Positions 39,513 through 50,309 are shown, counted from the first letter of the stretch. The stretch is 64,000 bases of DNA from an uncultured Spirochaetaceae bacterium (GCA_964588355.1 CAZPPB010000004.1:2992-66991); one strand, 5' to 3'. The notes: generated by a model not told the origin, from the letters alone. Numbers and translations: made by a program.

Positions 39513-40708
39513 GGGGTTGATGTATCGCCCCCGGTTTTCGATCGATGATGCTTGCGCTTCTTGTTGGCGTACATCGATTTGTCTGCAGCTATCAGCAGCG
39601 TGTTGAGATCCACCGGATTCTGAGGATCAAAGGTGGCCACTCCCATGCTGATGGAAAACGGATATGGCCGCTGCACTCGGCGATTATAGGATTCCAGGTT
39701 TTTCCTCAACCTGGCGAAAAGTACTTCCGCATTGATTTCAGGTTTTTCGGTGATGAGAATCACAAACTCGTCCCCGCCGATTCTGGATATGATATCGGAT
39801 TCTCTGAAACTCTGCCGCAGCAGTTGACCGGCGTCAACTATCACCCGATCACCTTCATGGTGTCCGAAGCCGTCGTTGATTTTTTTTAAACCGTCCAGGT
39901 CTGCCGAAACGAGTAGCATTCCCCGTTTTGTCCTGGTTGCGATCTTGATCTGCTGTTCCGCCAGGATGAAGAAACCTCTTCTGTTGTACAGACCGGTGAG
40001 TTCGTCTGATAGACTCAGCGTGCGTAATTCCTCCAGAACACGCTGCCGATCTTGAAGGTATTGATTCGCTCTGGAAACGCTGATAATCACTGCAATAAGG
40101 AGAATTGTCGCCATGCCGAACAGTACGGCGGAAGACAGGGTGATCAGGGATCTCACCTTTTGTTTTTCAGGAGTGATATTGTAATAGATCTCGAAAACAC
40201 CGGTCAGCCTCCCCTCGCGGACGATCGGAATATAGGCTTCCACAACGTCCGCGCTCATGTAACGGTTCTCGAGAGATCTGCCGCCCCTCTCCACCTCTTT
40301 CACAATTATTTCGGGTTCAGCCGTTAACCGGCGAAAATAGGGATCCTGATTCACCTCACCGATTTCTCCGGGTTCGCTGGAATAGAGGATCCGTCCCGAG
40401 GGAGAATAAATCACAAGGCGAACGAAATGGGCGTCCCTTTCGATCTGCCGGATCTGATCAATGGTCTGCCCGCTCAAAGTGCCCTTTTCCAGCGAGCGAT
40501 CCTCTGCGAATATGACCATGCCGAGGTATTTGGCGATTCCCGCTGCCTCATTCAGTGTGAGCTCTTCGAGCAGCCGGGTAATGCTGGGATACTGATGGAA
40601 GATCGTGAACAGAGGAAACAGGATGATCGTAACTATCGACACGATCACGATCGCCGTAAGAAACGAAGGTCTTAAATAGCCAATTCTGTCCGTGGCGTTG
40701 AGTTTCAT
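39509..40708 (-). CDS. Membrane-anchored diguanylate cyclase (two TM helices flanking a periplasmic sensor, plus GGDEF)
   Basis: An intact GGDEF active site RIGGDEFVIL, with the RxxD I-site context upstream. It overlaps the ABC exporter gene by 4 nt. Confidence 0.75.
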   Translation of the reverse strand: MKLNATDRIGYLRPSFLTAIVIVSIVTIILFPLFTIFHQYPSITRLLEELTLNEAAGIAKYLGMVIFAEDRSLEKGTLSGQTIDQIRQIERDAHFVRLVIYSPSGRILYSSEPGEIGEVNQDPYFRRLTAEPEIIVKEVERGGRSLENRYMSADVVEAYIPIVREGRLTGVFEIYYNITPEKQKVRSLITLSSAVLFGMATILLIAVIISVSRANQYLQDRQRVLEELRTLSLSDELTGLYNRRGFFILAEQQIKIATRTKRGMLLVSADLDGLKKINDGFGHHEGDRVIVDAGQLLRQSFRESDIISRIGGDEFVILITEKPEINAEVLFARLRKNLESYNRRVQRPYPFSISMGVATFDPQNPVDLNTLLIAADKSMYANKKRKHHRSKTGGDTSTP

Positions 40709-40720
40709 CTTGTTCTGTGA

Positions 40721-41122
40721 TCAATCAGGTTGGGTGAGCTCGGTCAGCACCTTGACGGAGGATTTGGGGTGGAGGAAGGCGACCCGGCTTCCGTGGGCTC
40801 CGCGGCGGGGTGTCTCGTCGATCATCCGCACCTGTTTTTGTTTCAGCTCGGCGATCTGCTTCTCGATATCATCCACCTGAAAGGAGATGTGATGCAACCC
40901 CTCTCCCCGGTTTTCGATAAAGGCGCAAATCGTGCTTTCCGGATCCGTCGGTTCTATCAGTTCGATCTGCACCTCCCCGACACGAAACACGGCCAGGCGC
41001 ACCTTCTGGTCCTGCACCACTTCCGTACCTCCGTACTCGAGATTCAACACGTCCCTGTAAAAGGCGATGTGTTCTTCCAGGGACTGTACGGCGATGGCTA
41101 TGTGGTTGATCTTGTTAATCAC
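40721..41122 (-). CDS. mce: Methylmalonyl-CoA epimerase (VOC/glyoxalase family)
   Basis: MINKINHIAIAV…GEGLHHISFQVDDIEK… is typical of the 133-aa epimerase. It is downstream of meaB, which is downstream of the mcm genes. Confidence 0.72.
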   Translation of the reverse strand: MINKINHIAIAVQSLEEHIAFYRDVLNLEYGGTEVVQDQKVRLAVFRVGEVQIELIEPTDPESTICAFIENRGEGLHHISFQVDDIEKQIAELKQKQVRMIDETPRRGAHGSRVAFLHPKSSVKVLTELTQPD

Positions 41123-42113
41123 CCGTTTTCTCCTTCAAAAAGTTGCGAATTTGTTCGTTGATCAGCGCGTACGGGCGGGCATCCCGGCGGTAGAGACGCT
41201 CGACCCACATGGGGAGTTGTTTGGAAACCTCTATGTGCACGTCCATCAGTTCGTGAACCTTGCGGTTCAGTATTCCCAGCAGTTCTCTCTCCAGGCGCAA
41301 GCGCCGTTTCTCCGCCAGCTTTCCGCAGCTCTCTGAGTTCCCCGCGTAGTCCTCGATCGCCTCCTGCAGCTGCTCGATTCCATCTTCGTGAACGGCGCTT
41401 GTCATCAGAATCGGATTGTCGACGCCCTGCGGGCCGATCCCTGTCGGGCCACCCCCCTCCCCGTCGTTTCCTGTGACGGAGCTTTTAAAGCTCAAGACGT
41501 ACTGCACCTCCGCAAGCAGCTTGTCCGCCCCGGACAGATCCTTTTTATTGATGACGAAGATGTCTGCGATCTCCATTATCCCGGCCTTCATTGCCTGGAT
41601 CTCATCGCCAGCCCCGGGCATCAGGACCAGGAGCACGATATCGGAGAGCTCCACGATCTTTATCTCAGCCTGTCCCACCCCGATCGTCTCTATGAAGATC
41701 GACTGGTAGCCGGCGGCGTCGAGCACCTTGATCACATCTCCGGTTGCCGCCGCTATTCCGCCCAGAAATCCCCGGGAGGCCATTGAGCGGATGAACACTC
41801 CCCCATCGGTGGCGTGGGTCTGCATACGTAGACGATCGCCCAGAATCGCCCCTCCGGAAAAAGGGGAGCTGGGGTCTACGGCGATCACCGCCACCCTGCG
41901 ACCCCGCTGTCGTTCCAGGGTGATCAGTCGGTCTACCAGGCTGCTCTTGCCGGCGCCGGGGCTGCCCGTTACCCCCAGGATCCGGGAGCGGCCGGTATAC
42001 GGGTAAAGGGCATCCACCAGGCCTTCGGCCTCCGGCTCCAGGTCTTCGATCATGGAGATGGTCCGGGCGATTGCCCGGAGGTTTCCGCGGCGGACCTCTG
42101 TAACAAGATCCAT
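41115..42113 (-). CDS. meaB: Methylmalonyl-CoA mutase-associated GTPase MeaB/ArgK
   Basis: GSPGAGKSSL P-loop, and the MeaB family sequence. Confidence 0.8.
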   Translation of the reverse strand: MDLVTEVRRGNLRAIARTISMIEDLEPEAEGLVDALYPYTGRSRILGVTGSPGAGKSSLVDRLITLERQRGRRVAVIAVDPSSPFSGGAILGDRLRMQTHATDGGVFIRSMASRGFLGGIAAATGDVIKVLDAAGYQSIFIETIGVGQAEIKIVELSDIVLLVLMPGAGDEIQAMKAGIMEIADIFVINKKDLSGADKLLAEVQYVLSFKSSVTGNDGEGGGPTGIGPQGVDNPILMTSAVHEDGIEQLQEAIEDYAGNSESCGKLAEKRRLRLERELLGILNRKVHELMDVHIEVSKQLPMWVERLYRRDARPYALINEQIRNFLKEKTGD

Positions 42114-42118
42114 AGCTT

Positions 42119-42526
42119 TCAGGAACCCTCCCGGGCGGACTCCAGGAACTCGACGATCTGTTTGGTGGTGGTGCCCGGTCCGAAGATCGCAGCCACCCCC
42201 TTGTCTTTGAGAGAGGGAATATCTTCCTCCGGGATGATACCGCCGCCGAATACGATGATATCTTCGGCGCCATTCGCTGCCAGCAGATCCACTACTCGAG
42301 GGAACAGCTCGTTGTGGGCGCCGGACAGAAGGCTCAAGCCCACGAAATCCACGTCCTCCTGGATCGCCGTCTGCACGATTGCCTCGGGAGATTGCCGGAT
42401 CCCTGTGTAGATTACCTCGTATCCCTCGTCGCGCAGCGCCCGGGCTATAAACTTGGCGCCCCGGTCATGACCGTCCAATCCGGGTTTGGCAATGAGAATC
42501 CTTGTTTTGGTTGCCGTCATCCTCAT
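42119..42526 (-). CDS. Methylmalonyl-CoA mutase, small cobalamin-binding subunit
   Basis: The B12-binding domain [30 protein letters not shown] contains the DxHxxG motif. ~135 aa. Start at ATG 42526 or 42520. Confidence 0.75.
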   Translation of the reverse strand: MRMTATKTRILIAKPGLDGHDRGAKFIARALRDEGYEVIYTGIRQSPEAIVQTAIQEDVDFVGLSLLSGAHNELFPRVVDLLAANGAEDIIVFGGGIIPEEDIPSLKDKGVAAIFGPGTTTKQIVEFLESAREGS

Positions 42527-42530
42527 CTCC

Positions 42531-44198
42531 TCACAGCACAATCGTTTCTCTGTGTTCGCCGAACTCCTCCCGCAGCAGCTGACAGATCTCTCCCAAGGTG
42601 GCGTACTCCTTGACAGCTTCGAGAATCAGGGGCAGCAGATTGACGCTCTTGCGTTTCGCTCCCTCCTGCAGCTTTTCCAGGGCGTCCTGCACACGGGAAG
42701 CGTCGCGCTTCGCTTTGACTCGGGAGAGCTTTTCGATCTGGAGCTGGCGAACCGCCGGATCGACCCGCAGAAGTTCTTGAGGTTTTTTCTCCTCCATCTG
42801 GAATTTGTTTATCCCGACCACGACCCGCTCGCCTCTTTCGATGTCCTTCTGAGTACGGAAGGCGGATTCCTGGATCTGCTTCTGGACGTAGCCCTTCAAG
42901 ATGGATGGAATCATGCCGCCCAGGGCTTCGATTCTGTCGATATACTGCCAGACCTCCAGCTCGATACGATCGGTAAGCGCCTCCAGGCAGTAGGACCCGG
43001 CCAGGGGATCCACGGTGGAGGTTACCCCGGACTCGTAGGCCAGAATCTGCTGGGTGCGCAAGGAAAGGCGTACCGATTCCTCCGCAGGCAGGGCCAGGGC
43101 TTCTTCCCGGCTGTTCGTGTGCAGACTCTGGGTTCCTCCCAGAACGGCGGCCAGGGCCTGGATTGCCACCCGGACGATGTTGTTGTCCGGCTGTTGGGCG
43201 GTTAGGGTCGAACCCCCGGTCTGGGTGTGGAAGCGCAGCATTGTGGATTTCGGCTTGGTGGCCTGAAATCGTTCCTTCATGATCCGCGCCCATATCCGGC
43301 GCGCTGCCCGGAACTTGGCCACCTCTTCGAGCAGATCGTTGTGGGCATTGAAGAAGAATGAAAGCCGGCCCGCGAAATCATCCACGTCCAGTCCTGCCTT
43401 GACGGCAGCACGGACGTACTCGATCCCATTGGCCAGGGTAAAAGCCACTTCCTGAGAGGCGTCGCTGCCGGCTTCCCGGATGTGGTAACCGGAGATGCTG
43501 ATAGTATTCCACAGGGGAACTTCCCCGCTGCAGTAGGCGAATATGTCGGTAATCAGACGCATCGAAGGTTCGGGGGGAAAGATGTAGGTTCCCCGAGCCA
43601 CGTATTCTTTCAGGATGTCATTTTGGATCGTGCCCCGCAGCTTTTCCTTCCCCACTCCCTGTTTCTCGGCCACGGCGATGTACATAGCCAGGAGGATGGC
43701 AGCCGGCGCATTGATGGTCATGGAGGTTGAGATCTTGTCCAGCGGGATGCCGTCGAAGAGGATCTCCAGGTCTTTCAAGGTGTCGATAGCCACCCCGACC
43801 TTCCCGACCTCTCCTTCGGCCCGGGGATCGTCGGAGTCGTAGCCGATCTGGGTAGGCAGATCGAAGGCTACCGAGAGCCCGGTCTGTCCCTGTTCCAGCA
43901 GGTAACGATACCGCCGGTTCGACTCCTCGGCGGTGGCGAAGCCGGCGTACTGGCGCATGGTCCAAAGCCGACCCCGGTACATGGTGGGGTGTACCCCACG
44001 GGTATACGGATACTGCCCGGGAAACCCCAGTTTTTCCAGGTACTCAGCCTCGGAGAAGCCTTCGGGAAGGTAAAGCCGATCCACCGGCTTGTCCGATCCG
44101 GTAACGAACTCACTCCTTCGTTCCGGATGACGGCTGATCAGCGCTTCGACGGCCTCCCGCTCCCATTCTTCTTTTTGTTTTTCGATCTCCTCGGGCAT
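42531..44198 (-). CDS. Methylmalonyl-CoA mutase, large catalytic (TIM-barrel) subunit of split enzyme
   Basis: MCM N-terminal domain sequence (…[25 protein letters not shown]…). ATG at 44198 with GGGGAGG upstream. The ORF-track start 44213 lies in the RBS. Confidence 0.8.
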   Translation of the reverse strand: MPEEIEKQKEEWEREAVEALISRHPERRSEFVTGSDKPVDRLYLPEGFSEAEYLEKLGFPGQYPYTRGVHPTMYRGRLWTMRQYAGFATAEESNRRYRYLLEQGQTGLSVAFDLPTQIGYDSDDPRAEGEVGKVGVAIDTLKDLEILFDGIPLDKISTSMTINAPAAILLAMYIAVAEKQGVGKEKLRGTIQNDILKEYVARGTYIFPPEPSMRLITDIFAYCSGEVPLWNTISISGYHIREAGSDASQEVAFTLANGIEYVRAAVKAGLDVDDFAGRLSFFFNAHNDLLEEVAKFRAARRIWARIMKERFQATKPKSTMLRFHTQTGGSTLTAQQPDNNIVRVAIQALAAVLGGTQSLHTNSREEALALPAEESVRLSLRTQQILAYESGVTSTVDPLAGSYCLEALTDRIELEVWQYIDRIEALGGMIPSILKGYVQKQIQESAFRTQKDIERGERVVVGINKFQMEEKKPQELLRVDPAVRQLQIEKLSRVKAKRDASRVQDALEKLQEGAKRKSVNLLPLILEAVKEYATLGEICQLLREEFGEHRETIVL

Positions 44199-44234
44199 GC
44201 CCTGCCTCCCCATTTTGGCCGGCGAGATAGATGT

Positions 44235-44912
44235 TCAGTACTCCAGGCTCTCTCCGATTGGCAGCACGCGGGCTTTTTGGCCTTTGGCCTGAACCTGTTT
44301 TACGAACTCCCCGGGTTCTACATCGATGACCTCGAAGGTCTTGAAGTGCATCGGCAGGTACAATCCGGCCTGGAGGAATTCCGCCGCCATAACCGCATCC
44401 TCGATTCCCATCGTGAAGTTGTCTCCGATAGGCAGAGCAGCCAGGTCGATCTTGTTCATCTGGCCGATCAATTTCATATCGTAGAACAGTCCGGTGTCAC
44501 CCGCGTGATAGAAGGTCTTTCCATCCATGGTGACGAGAAAACCGCAGGGATTTCCCGTGCAGGTACCGTCCGGTGCGAGCGAGCCGTGATGCGCAATCGT
44601 CAGCTTGACCCTGCCGAAGGGGAACTCATGAGCGCCGCCGATGTGCATCGGGTGTATCTGGGCTCCCTTTCCGGAGCAGTAGATGGCCAGCTCATTCGGT
44701 GCCACGATGGTGGCGTTGTTGGCCTTGGCGATCTCGATTCCGTCTCCCAGATGGTCACCGTGGCCGTGGGTCAGCAGGACATAGTCGACTTCGATTTCTT
44801 CCGGGCCGGCTGTGGCCAAGGGATTGCCGGATAGAAATGGATCAATTACTATCCGCCCTTTCGAACCTTCCACGGTGAACGCTGAGTGTCCCAAATAGGT
44901 TATCCGGGGCAT
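44235..44912 (-). CDS. Metal-dependent hydrolase of the metallo-beta-lactamase fold (UPF0173-like)
   Basis: LLTHGHGDHLGD motif, 225 aa. Confidence 0.7.
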   Translation of the reverse strand: MPRITYLGHSAFTVEGSKGRIVIDPFLSGNPLATAGPEEIEVDYVLLTHGHGDHLGDGIEIAKANNATIVAPNELAIYCSGKGAQIHPMHIGGAHEFPFGRVKLTIAHHGSLAPDGTCTGNPCGFLVTMDGKTFYHAGDTGLFYDMKLIGQMNKIDLAALPIGDNFTMGIEDAVMAAEFLQAGLYLPMHFKTFEVIDVEPGEFVKQVQAKGQKARVLPIGESLEY

Positions 44913-44957
44913 AGCTTACTCCTTTCGATCTATTATATCGCAATCTTCGGGGCTGGG

Positions 44958-45857
44958 TTAGGCTATCGAAACCGCCCCCAGAATGGAATTGTATTTGATG
45001 GTGTCGCTGTCGGAGCGAGAGCTCAAGACCACGGGTACTTTGGCGCCGATAGTCAAGGCGGCGATTTTGGCGTCTGTAAGAAAAGCCAGGGTCTTGTAGA
45101 AGATGTTGGCCGCTTCGATATCCGGCATGAGCAGAACATCCGCGTCCCCCCCTACCTCCGTCCGGATTCCCTTTGTCTCACAGGATTTGCGGGATAGGGC
45201 ATTGTCCAGAGCAAAGGGTCCATCCACGATACAGCCGGAAATCTGACCGCGTTCGGACATCTTGCTCAGCAGGGCTGCATCCACAGTAACGGGCATCGCG
45301 ATCGGATTGACCTTCTCCACCGCTGCGATCACCGCCACCTTTGGTTTCTTAATGCCCAATTTGTGAGCCACGTAGATCAGGTTTTCGATGATCGCCACTT
45401 TGGTGTTCAGATCCGGGGCGATATTGATCCCCGGATCGGACATGAGCAGCAGTTTCGGGTACTTGTCGATCTGGATGATCGATACGTGGGACAATACGCT
45501 GGGACCTCGAAGCCCGCCGTGGCGATGGAGGATCGCCCGCATGATCACCGCCGTAGGGGTTCGCCCCTTCATCAGCACCGCCGCTTCCCCCTCACGCACC
45601 AGCTCGACCGCCCTTTCGGCGCACTGCTGCTCTCCATCCGCCGGCTCGATGCGGAAGCGGGAAAGATCCATGCCCTCCCTCTCGGCAATCTCGGCTATGG
45701 CCTGCTGGTTGCCCACCAGGATCGGTTCAACGATTCCCTTTCCGGCGGCCATGATCACAGCCTTGAGCGCATCCACCTCTTCAGCCATGGCCAGGGCGAG
45801 TTTTCGGGAAGGTTTTGTTTTTGCCTGGGCTTCGAGCTCTTCGAATGTTCGGATCAT
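44958..45857 (-). CDS. ptb: Phosphate butyryltransferase/phosphate acyltransferase (Pta/Ptb family)
   Basis: Family-typical sequence (…AVLMKGR…LSHVSIIQIDKYPKLLLMSDPGINI…IVDGPFALDNALS…). 299 aa. Confidence 0.72.
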   Translation of the reverse strand: MIRTFEELEAQAKTKPSRKLALAMAEEVDALKAVIMAAGKGIVEPILVGNQQAIAEIAEREGMDLSRFRIEPADGEQQCAERAVELVREGEAAVLMKGRTPTAVIMRAILHRHGGLRGPSVLSHVSIIQIDKYPKLLLMSDPGINIAPDLNTKVAIIENLIYVAHKLGIKKPKVAVIAAVEKVNPIAMPVTVDAALLSKMSERGQISGCIVDGPFALDNALSRKSCETKGIRTEVGGDADVLLMPDIEAANIFYKTLAFLTDAKIAALTIGAKVPVVLSSRSDSDTIKYNSILGAVSIA

Positions 45858-45973
45858 CTATTTTCAACAAAAACGATACTACCGCTTCAGTATGCCGTCA
45901 AGAACATCGCTATTGACCCGCTGCCGGCATCAATGATATGAGAGCGAAATACCGACGACATATCGAGGATCGC

Positions 45974-46174
45974 GGCGTGATAACGGCAAAGGGCAAACAG
46001 CTGGATTGGCATGAAGGACTAACGGTCCGGGAGGTTCTGGACATCCTGGGCTACAACTTTCCATCCGTGCTCGTACGGGTCAACGGCACAATCGTTCGGC
46101 GAAAAGCTTGGGACAGCGCTGTTGTACCTGATGAGGCGCAGGTCGAAGTTCGACCGATTATTGCCGGAGGCTGA
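45974..46174 (+). CDS. thiS: ThiS/MoaD-family sulfur-carrier protein (C-terminal GG)
   Basis: …VLVRVNGTIVRRKAWDSAVVPDEAQVEVRPIIAGG* is the ThiS beta-grasp signature with a diglycine C-terminus. GTG at 45974 with GAGGA upstream gives 66 aa. The ORF track starts at 45938. Confidence 0.55.
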   Translation, partial: GVITAKGKQLDWHEGLTVREVLDILGYNFPSVLVRVNGTIVRRKAWDSAVVPDEAQVEVRPIIAGG

Positions 46175-46208
46175 GACTACGGGACCTCAAAACCGCTGTG
46201 CCAATCCG

Positions 46209-47354
46209 CTATACCCCCTGTAGGATCTGATCCAGGAATCGGGCAATCGCGGTAGAACCGTTTTCCATGGTGATATCCTCGTAAGCCTTTTCACACTCCT
46301 GCAGGCCGTAACCGCCCAAAAACCAGTCCACGATCTGGGAGAGCTTGCGTGGCATATTCCCGGCGTAGTAGCCCAGACGATTGTCCACTACGAATTTGAT
46401 GTTCGGGTTTTCACTGAGCTGGGCGCTCTCGAAGAATATAATCGGTTTTTTCATCGACAGCACTTCCCAGGTGGTTGCCGGGCCGGGTTTGATGAGACAG
46501 AAGTCCGAGGCGTAGATCAGTTCGTTGATATTTTCCTGGAAACCGAGAGCCAGGACTCTGGTCTTTTGATCCGGTGAACCGAAATCCTGTACCAACTGAT
46601 TGCGCAGTTGTTCGTTCTTCCCGGTCACGGCGATCACGTTGAGTGTAAATTCCTTTTGGACAAGGGTCTCGATCATCCTGTAGATCGATCCGATTCCCTC
46701 GCTGCCCAGGGTTACCAGAAGGGTTTTTCGCTGATCGTCGAGGTCGAGAGAATCGAGTATTTCCGTCTTGCTGCGCTTGATTTCGAAAAAGCTGCGGCGC
46801 ACGGGGTAAGGGAAAAGGTGCAGTTTTTCCCGGGGGAATTTTTTCTTCAGCAGCTTTTTTTCGGCCTGTTTCGAGGCAACGATGTAGTGATCTACGTTTT
46901 TGAGGTACCAGTAGGAATCGAAGTCGAAGATCTCGGTCAGATAGTTGATGAGGATCGGTCCGATTTCGTAGGTTTTTCTGATATGGGCTATGGACATCGT
47001 GTTGAAGTAGTGGGTTGAGAAGACCAGATCGGGTTTTTCATTGTAGAGGTAGCGCATCACGTGTTTGCTGAACCGATCGCGCAGCAGTTTGTAGATCTGG
47101 ATGTTTACCGGCCCGGTGATGAAATCGAAGGTCTGGATGCCTTTGGTCAGGTCCGGGTGCTTCAGTAGGTACTTCCAAGCCTTCTTATGGAACTCGTCCA
47201 GATCCGTACCCCCAATGTCCTTCATGAAATCAAGGACCTTGATCTGATACTTCCCGGGGAATAGTTCCTCCAGGGACTCCATCACCGCCAGGGCGGGTGT
47301 TTTGTGACCACCGCCGGCCTCGATCATCGCAAAATGTATCTTCTTACCTGCCAC
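46209..47354 (-). CDS. Glycosyltransferase of the MGDG synthase/diacylglycerol glycosyltransferase family (GT28-like)
   Basis: MAGKKIHFAMIEAGGGHKTPALAV… N-terminus plus a C-terminal GT-B domain (…FCLIKPGPATTWEVLSMKKPIIF…). Local GC is lower than the surroundings. Confidence 0.65.
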   Translation of the reverse strand: MAGKKIHFAMIEAGGGHKTPALAVMESLEELFPGKYQIKVLDFMKDIGGTDLDEFHKKAWKYLLKHPDLTKGIQTFDFITGPVNIQIYKLLRDRFSKHVMRYLYNEKPDLVFSTHYFNTMSIAHIRKTYEIGPILINYLTEIFDFDSYWYLKNVDHYIVASKQAEKKLLKKKFPREKLHLFPYPVRRSFFEIKRSKTEILDSLDLDDQRKTLLVTLGSEGIGSIYRMIETLVQKEFTLNVIAVTGKNEQLRNQLVQDFGSPDQKTRVLALGFQENINELIYASDFCLIKPGPATTWEVLSMKKPIIFFESAQLSENPNIKFVVDNRLGYYAGNMPRKLSQIVDWFLGGYGLQECEKAYEDITMENGSTAIARFLDQILQGV

Positions 47355-47465
47355 AATCTCTCCGTTGGAGTTTTGATAAACTGCAGTGCCTCTCTTCGAA
47401 TATTATAAGCTGATCAGGCTTATTTTCAAAGGCAAAACCAGCTATATTGAAGCTGAGCAGCGGCT

Positions 47466-48305
47466 ATGGAAGCAAAGGCAATGGTGGTGACCGATCTGGA
47501 CGGGACCCTGTTCCAGAAAGACCACCGGATCAGCGCACGCAACTATCAGACTCTATTGGATCTGGGAGAGCGGGGGATCATCCGGGTGATCGCAACGGGA
47601 CGGCACCTGTTTTCCGCCCACAAGGTGCTGCCTCCCGGTTTTCCGATCGATTTTCTCGTTTTTTCCTCGGGAGCGGGGATCCTGGCCTGGCCGCGGCAGG
47701 AGTTGTTGTACAGCTCCTCGATGAGCCAGGAGGAAGTTTTCCTGGCCTTTGCCTCCCTGTCGCGCCGCTCTTTGGACTTCATGGTGCATCGGCCCATACC
47801 GGAGAACCATCATTTTTTCTTCTTCCCGTCGGGGAAGCCGAATCCGGATTTCGAAGCACGGTGCAGGCTGTACAAGGATTTCGCAATCCCAGGACGGCCC
47901 CAACAGATTCCTTCGGGGGAAGCCTGCCAGTTGGTGGCGATAGAGCCGCATTTTCGCACGGTTTCCAACTACCCGGAGATCCGCGGGGAGTTGGATTGCC
48001 TGGCGGTGGTGCGCACCACCTCGCCGCTGGATGGGCGGTCCCGCTGGATAGAGGTTTTCTCCAAAGAGGTCTCGAAAGCCCGGGCTTCCAGCCGGATCGC
48101 CCGTGATTTGGAGATCCGGGAACAGAGGGTGATGGCGATCGGCAATGACTATAACGATTTGGATCTACTGAAATGGGCGGCGCGCAGCTTCGTGGTGAAC
48201 GATGCACCCCGGGAGCTTCTCAGCCTCTTTCCGACGGTAAGCTCCGGTGATGAGTCCGATTTCAGCGATGCCGTTTCTCTGTGGCTGGAGGAGACACTAC
48301 TGTGA
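47466..48305 (+). CDS. HAD-superfamily hydrolase (Cof-like, subfamily IIB)
   Basis: Motif I VVTDLDGTL and motif IV GNDYND. 279 aa. Confidence 0.7.
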   Translation: MEAKAMVVTDLDGTLFQKDHRISARNYQTLLDLGERGIIRVIATGRHLFSAHKVLPPGFPIDFLVFSSGAGILAWPRQELLYSSSMSQEEVFLAFASLSRRSLDFMVHRPIPENHHFFFFPSGKPNPDFEARCRLYKDFAIPGRPQQIPSGEACQLVAIEPHFRTVSNYPEIRGELDCLAVVRTTSPLDGRSRWIEVFSKEVSKARASSRIARDLEIREQRVMAIGNDYNDLDLLKWAARSFVVNDAPRELLSLFPTVSSGDESDFSDAVSLWLEETLL

Positions 48306-48330
48306 GAACCGGGGGAGAGAAGCGGCCGGT

Positions 48331-48861
48331 TCAATCGCTGCCCCGAGCTGCAGCTTTGTACAGATTCCGTATATCCATCATGATCCCCAGGTACTCGTCG
48401 CTCCGGTAATCCGGATAAGTCCATTCCAATGGCCGGAAGCGGCCCTTTTCGTACATCAGTGTAACCTCGGCGAACACACCGTCGGCCAGGGGAATCCGAT
48501 GGGAGCCATCCTTGCTCGATGCTAAAACGAAACGGCTGAGGTTGAGCAGCCCCGGGTCGATGTTCACCTTGCGCTTCCCCGCCTCGGTGAAGCGGTTTTC
48601 CAACACGTTCGTCTGGGTTTTAATTTGACTCAGGGTGCCGGGATCGACGAGCCGGAGGAAGGAAATGAAGAAGCGGGTGATGGGAGTCCCCATTTCTTCG
48701 TCGTAGTAGTGGGTGTAGGAAAAGGGCAGATCAACACTCGTGTAGTCGATCGGGCCGTAGCGCGCTTGGAGAGCTTGGAGAAGGGAATAACGCATCTGTG
48801 TACGGGAAATGAGAATCGGCATCACCAGTTTTTCCGGTTTGAACCTGGTTATCTGCCCCAT
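48331..48861 (-). CDS. Hypothetical protein (possibly DUF4416 family)
   Basis: 176 aa (MGQITRFKPEKLVMPILISR…NIDPGLLNL…HRIPLADGVFAEVTL…). The family call is from memory of the motif pattern only. Confidence 0.45.
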   Translation of the reverse strand: MGQITRFKPEKLVMPILISRTQMRYSLLQALQARYGPIDYTSVDLPFSYTHYYDEEMGTPITRFFISFLRLVDPGTLSQIKTQTNVLENRFTEAGKRKVNIDPGLLNLSRFVLASSKDGSHRIPLADGVFAEVTLMYEKGRFRPLEWTYPDYRSDEYLGIMMDIRNLYKAAARGSD

Positions 48862-48925
48862 GTCGATATCCCCACATCTGCGAAGAGCTTGTCCACGTAC
48901 AGATCTATAATCTATACTCCTGTAT

Positions 48926-50302
48926 ATGCCAGAATCCGCAGGCTTTCAAGCGCAACTGGAAGCGGCGGTCGAAGCCAAGCGTCGCTTTCTCGAGGAAAAC
49001 ACCCTTCCCCGGCTTAAAGAGAGCTTTCGATTATTCCAGACCCTTTTCGAAAATCTGTACAACATTCTGCAGCGCAAAGCCCTGATTCAGGAGGATCCCT
49101 ACAAGTACGAGCAGAAAATATCGGAGATCGAGGTCCCCCCCAAGGGAGACATCCTGGATATGGAGAAAAGTGAAAAACTCAGTCAAAGGATGAGTGCCCT
49201 TCATGCCCAACTGGAATTTTTGAATACCTATCAATTCAGTTTGGACTTCATAGATCTGCAGCGGGTGCGGCGGATCATTGAGTTGACGCAGTACATCACC
49301 TGGACGAACCTCAGCGAGACCTCTCCGGATGCGACTACCGCGGTTTTGGCGGAGACACTGGGCAAGATCCGCCCGGGCAGCGACAACGTATCCACCGGGA
49401 TTATCTCTACTTCCCTCACCCAGATGCAGAGGCTGTCTAGAACCATCCTGGCTCAGCTCAAGGAGATCCTCGGATTTCTGCGACAGAGCTACAAGCTGAT
49501 GCTCCGGCAGCAGGTTCTCGATTCCGTGCGGCAGAAATTGGAGACTGTCTATGCGGTCAGCGCGGACAAAGCATACGAGAGACTCAAAGCTAGATTTGCA
49601 GCGACCATGAAGGGAAAGCCCTTTTACCGGGATCTGGCGAATGAGCTACTGAAGGAGGAGTTTTCCAAAGACGCTTCGCAGCTGCAGAACAAAGCCCTCT
49701 CTGCGCTGAGAGTAACCAAAGAAGAGCCTGCAGACATTCAGAAGAAAATGGACTACAGGGTCATTCTCATGGAGGCGGTTCGCCTGATTCTGCCTGCCAG
49801 AGATCGTCTCCAGGATACGCTGCGTAAGATTCTGGCAAACCGGGAGCTGCTGGGAAAGATCAGGCACGGTCTGAGGGGAAGGCTTCGTTCCTGGCTGCAG
49901 AGGAGGTTTCAAAACCGTGAACAGAGTTGGACTGTGGAGATCCGCTTTTTTGATTCCCGGAGTTCCACCACCCAAATCGAGTCGATCGACTTCCAGAAAT
50001 TTGTCGAGAGCGTGCGCAGGAAGATCTCCCTCTTCGATGCGTTGAGTCAGCCGGACAGCACTTCCTTCGCCCGCCTGAGCGAAGCCTCGGAGCAGCAGGT
50101 CGACACGTTTCTCAAGAAGAATATCGGGGAGCTGCAGTTGGTGTACAGACGGCTGCAGGGGCTGAACGTGCTCATTTCCTGCATGCCCTGCCTTCCCAGG
50201 TGGGTAAACGCTAGTGAAAAATCACAGCATTATGAGTATGTCTGGCTCAAAGAACAGGAGGTTCGGTTACAACAGCTGGGAGTCTCCGGACCGCCGAAAT
50301 GA
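48926..50302 (+). CDS. Hypothetical protein, 458 aa, predicted all-alpha/coiled-coil, no recognisable domain
   Basis: A long clean ORF with Leu/Arg/Gln/Glu-rich helical composition. It is convergent with the DAHPS-PDT gene (7-nt gap). Confidence 0.45.
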   Translation: MPESAGFQAQLEAAVEAKRRFLEENTLPRLKESFRLFQTLFENLYNILQRKALIQEDPYKYEQKISEIEVPPKGDILDMEKSEKLSQRMSALHAQLEFLNTYQFSLDFIDLQRVRRIIELTQYITWTNLSETSPDATTAVLAETLGKIRPGSDNVSTGIISTSLTQMQRLSRTILAQLKEILGFLRQSYKLMLRQQVLDSVRQKLETVYAVSADKAYERLKARFAATMKGKPFYRDLANELLKEEFSKDASQLQNKALSALRVTKEEPADIQKKMDYRVILMEAVRLILPARDRLQDTLRKILANRELLGKIRHGLRGRLRSWLQRRFQNREQSWTVEIRFFDSRSSTTQIESIDFQKFVESVRRKISLFDALSQPDSTSFARLSEASEQQVDTFLKKNIGELQLVYRRLQGLNVLISCMPCLPRWVNASEKSQHYEYVWLKEQEVRLQQLGVSGPPK

Positions 50303-50309
50303 AACTCTC

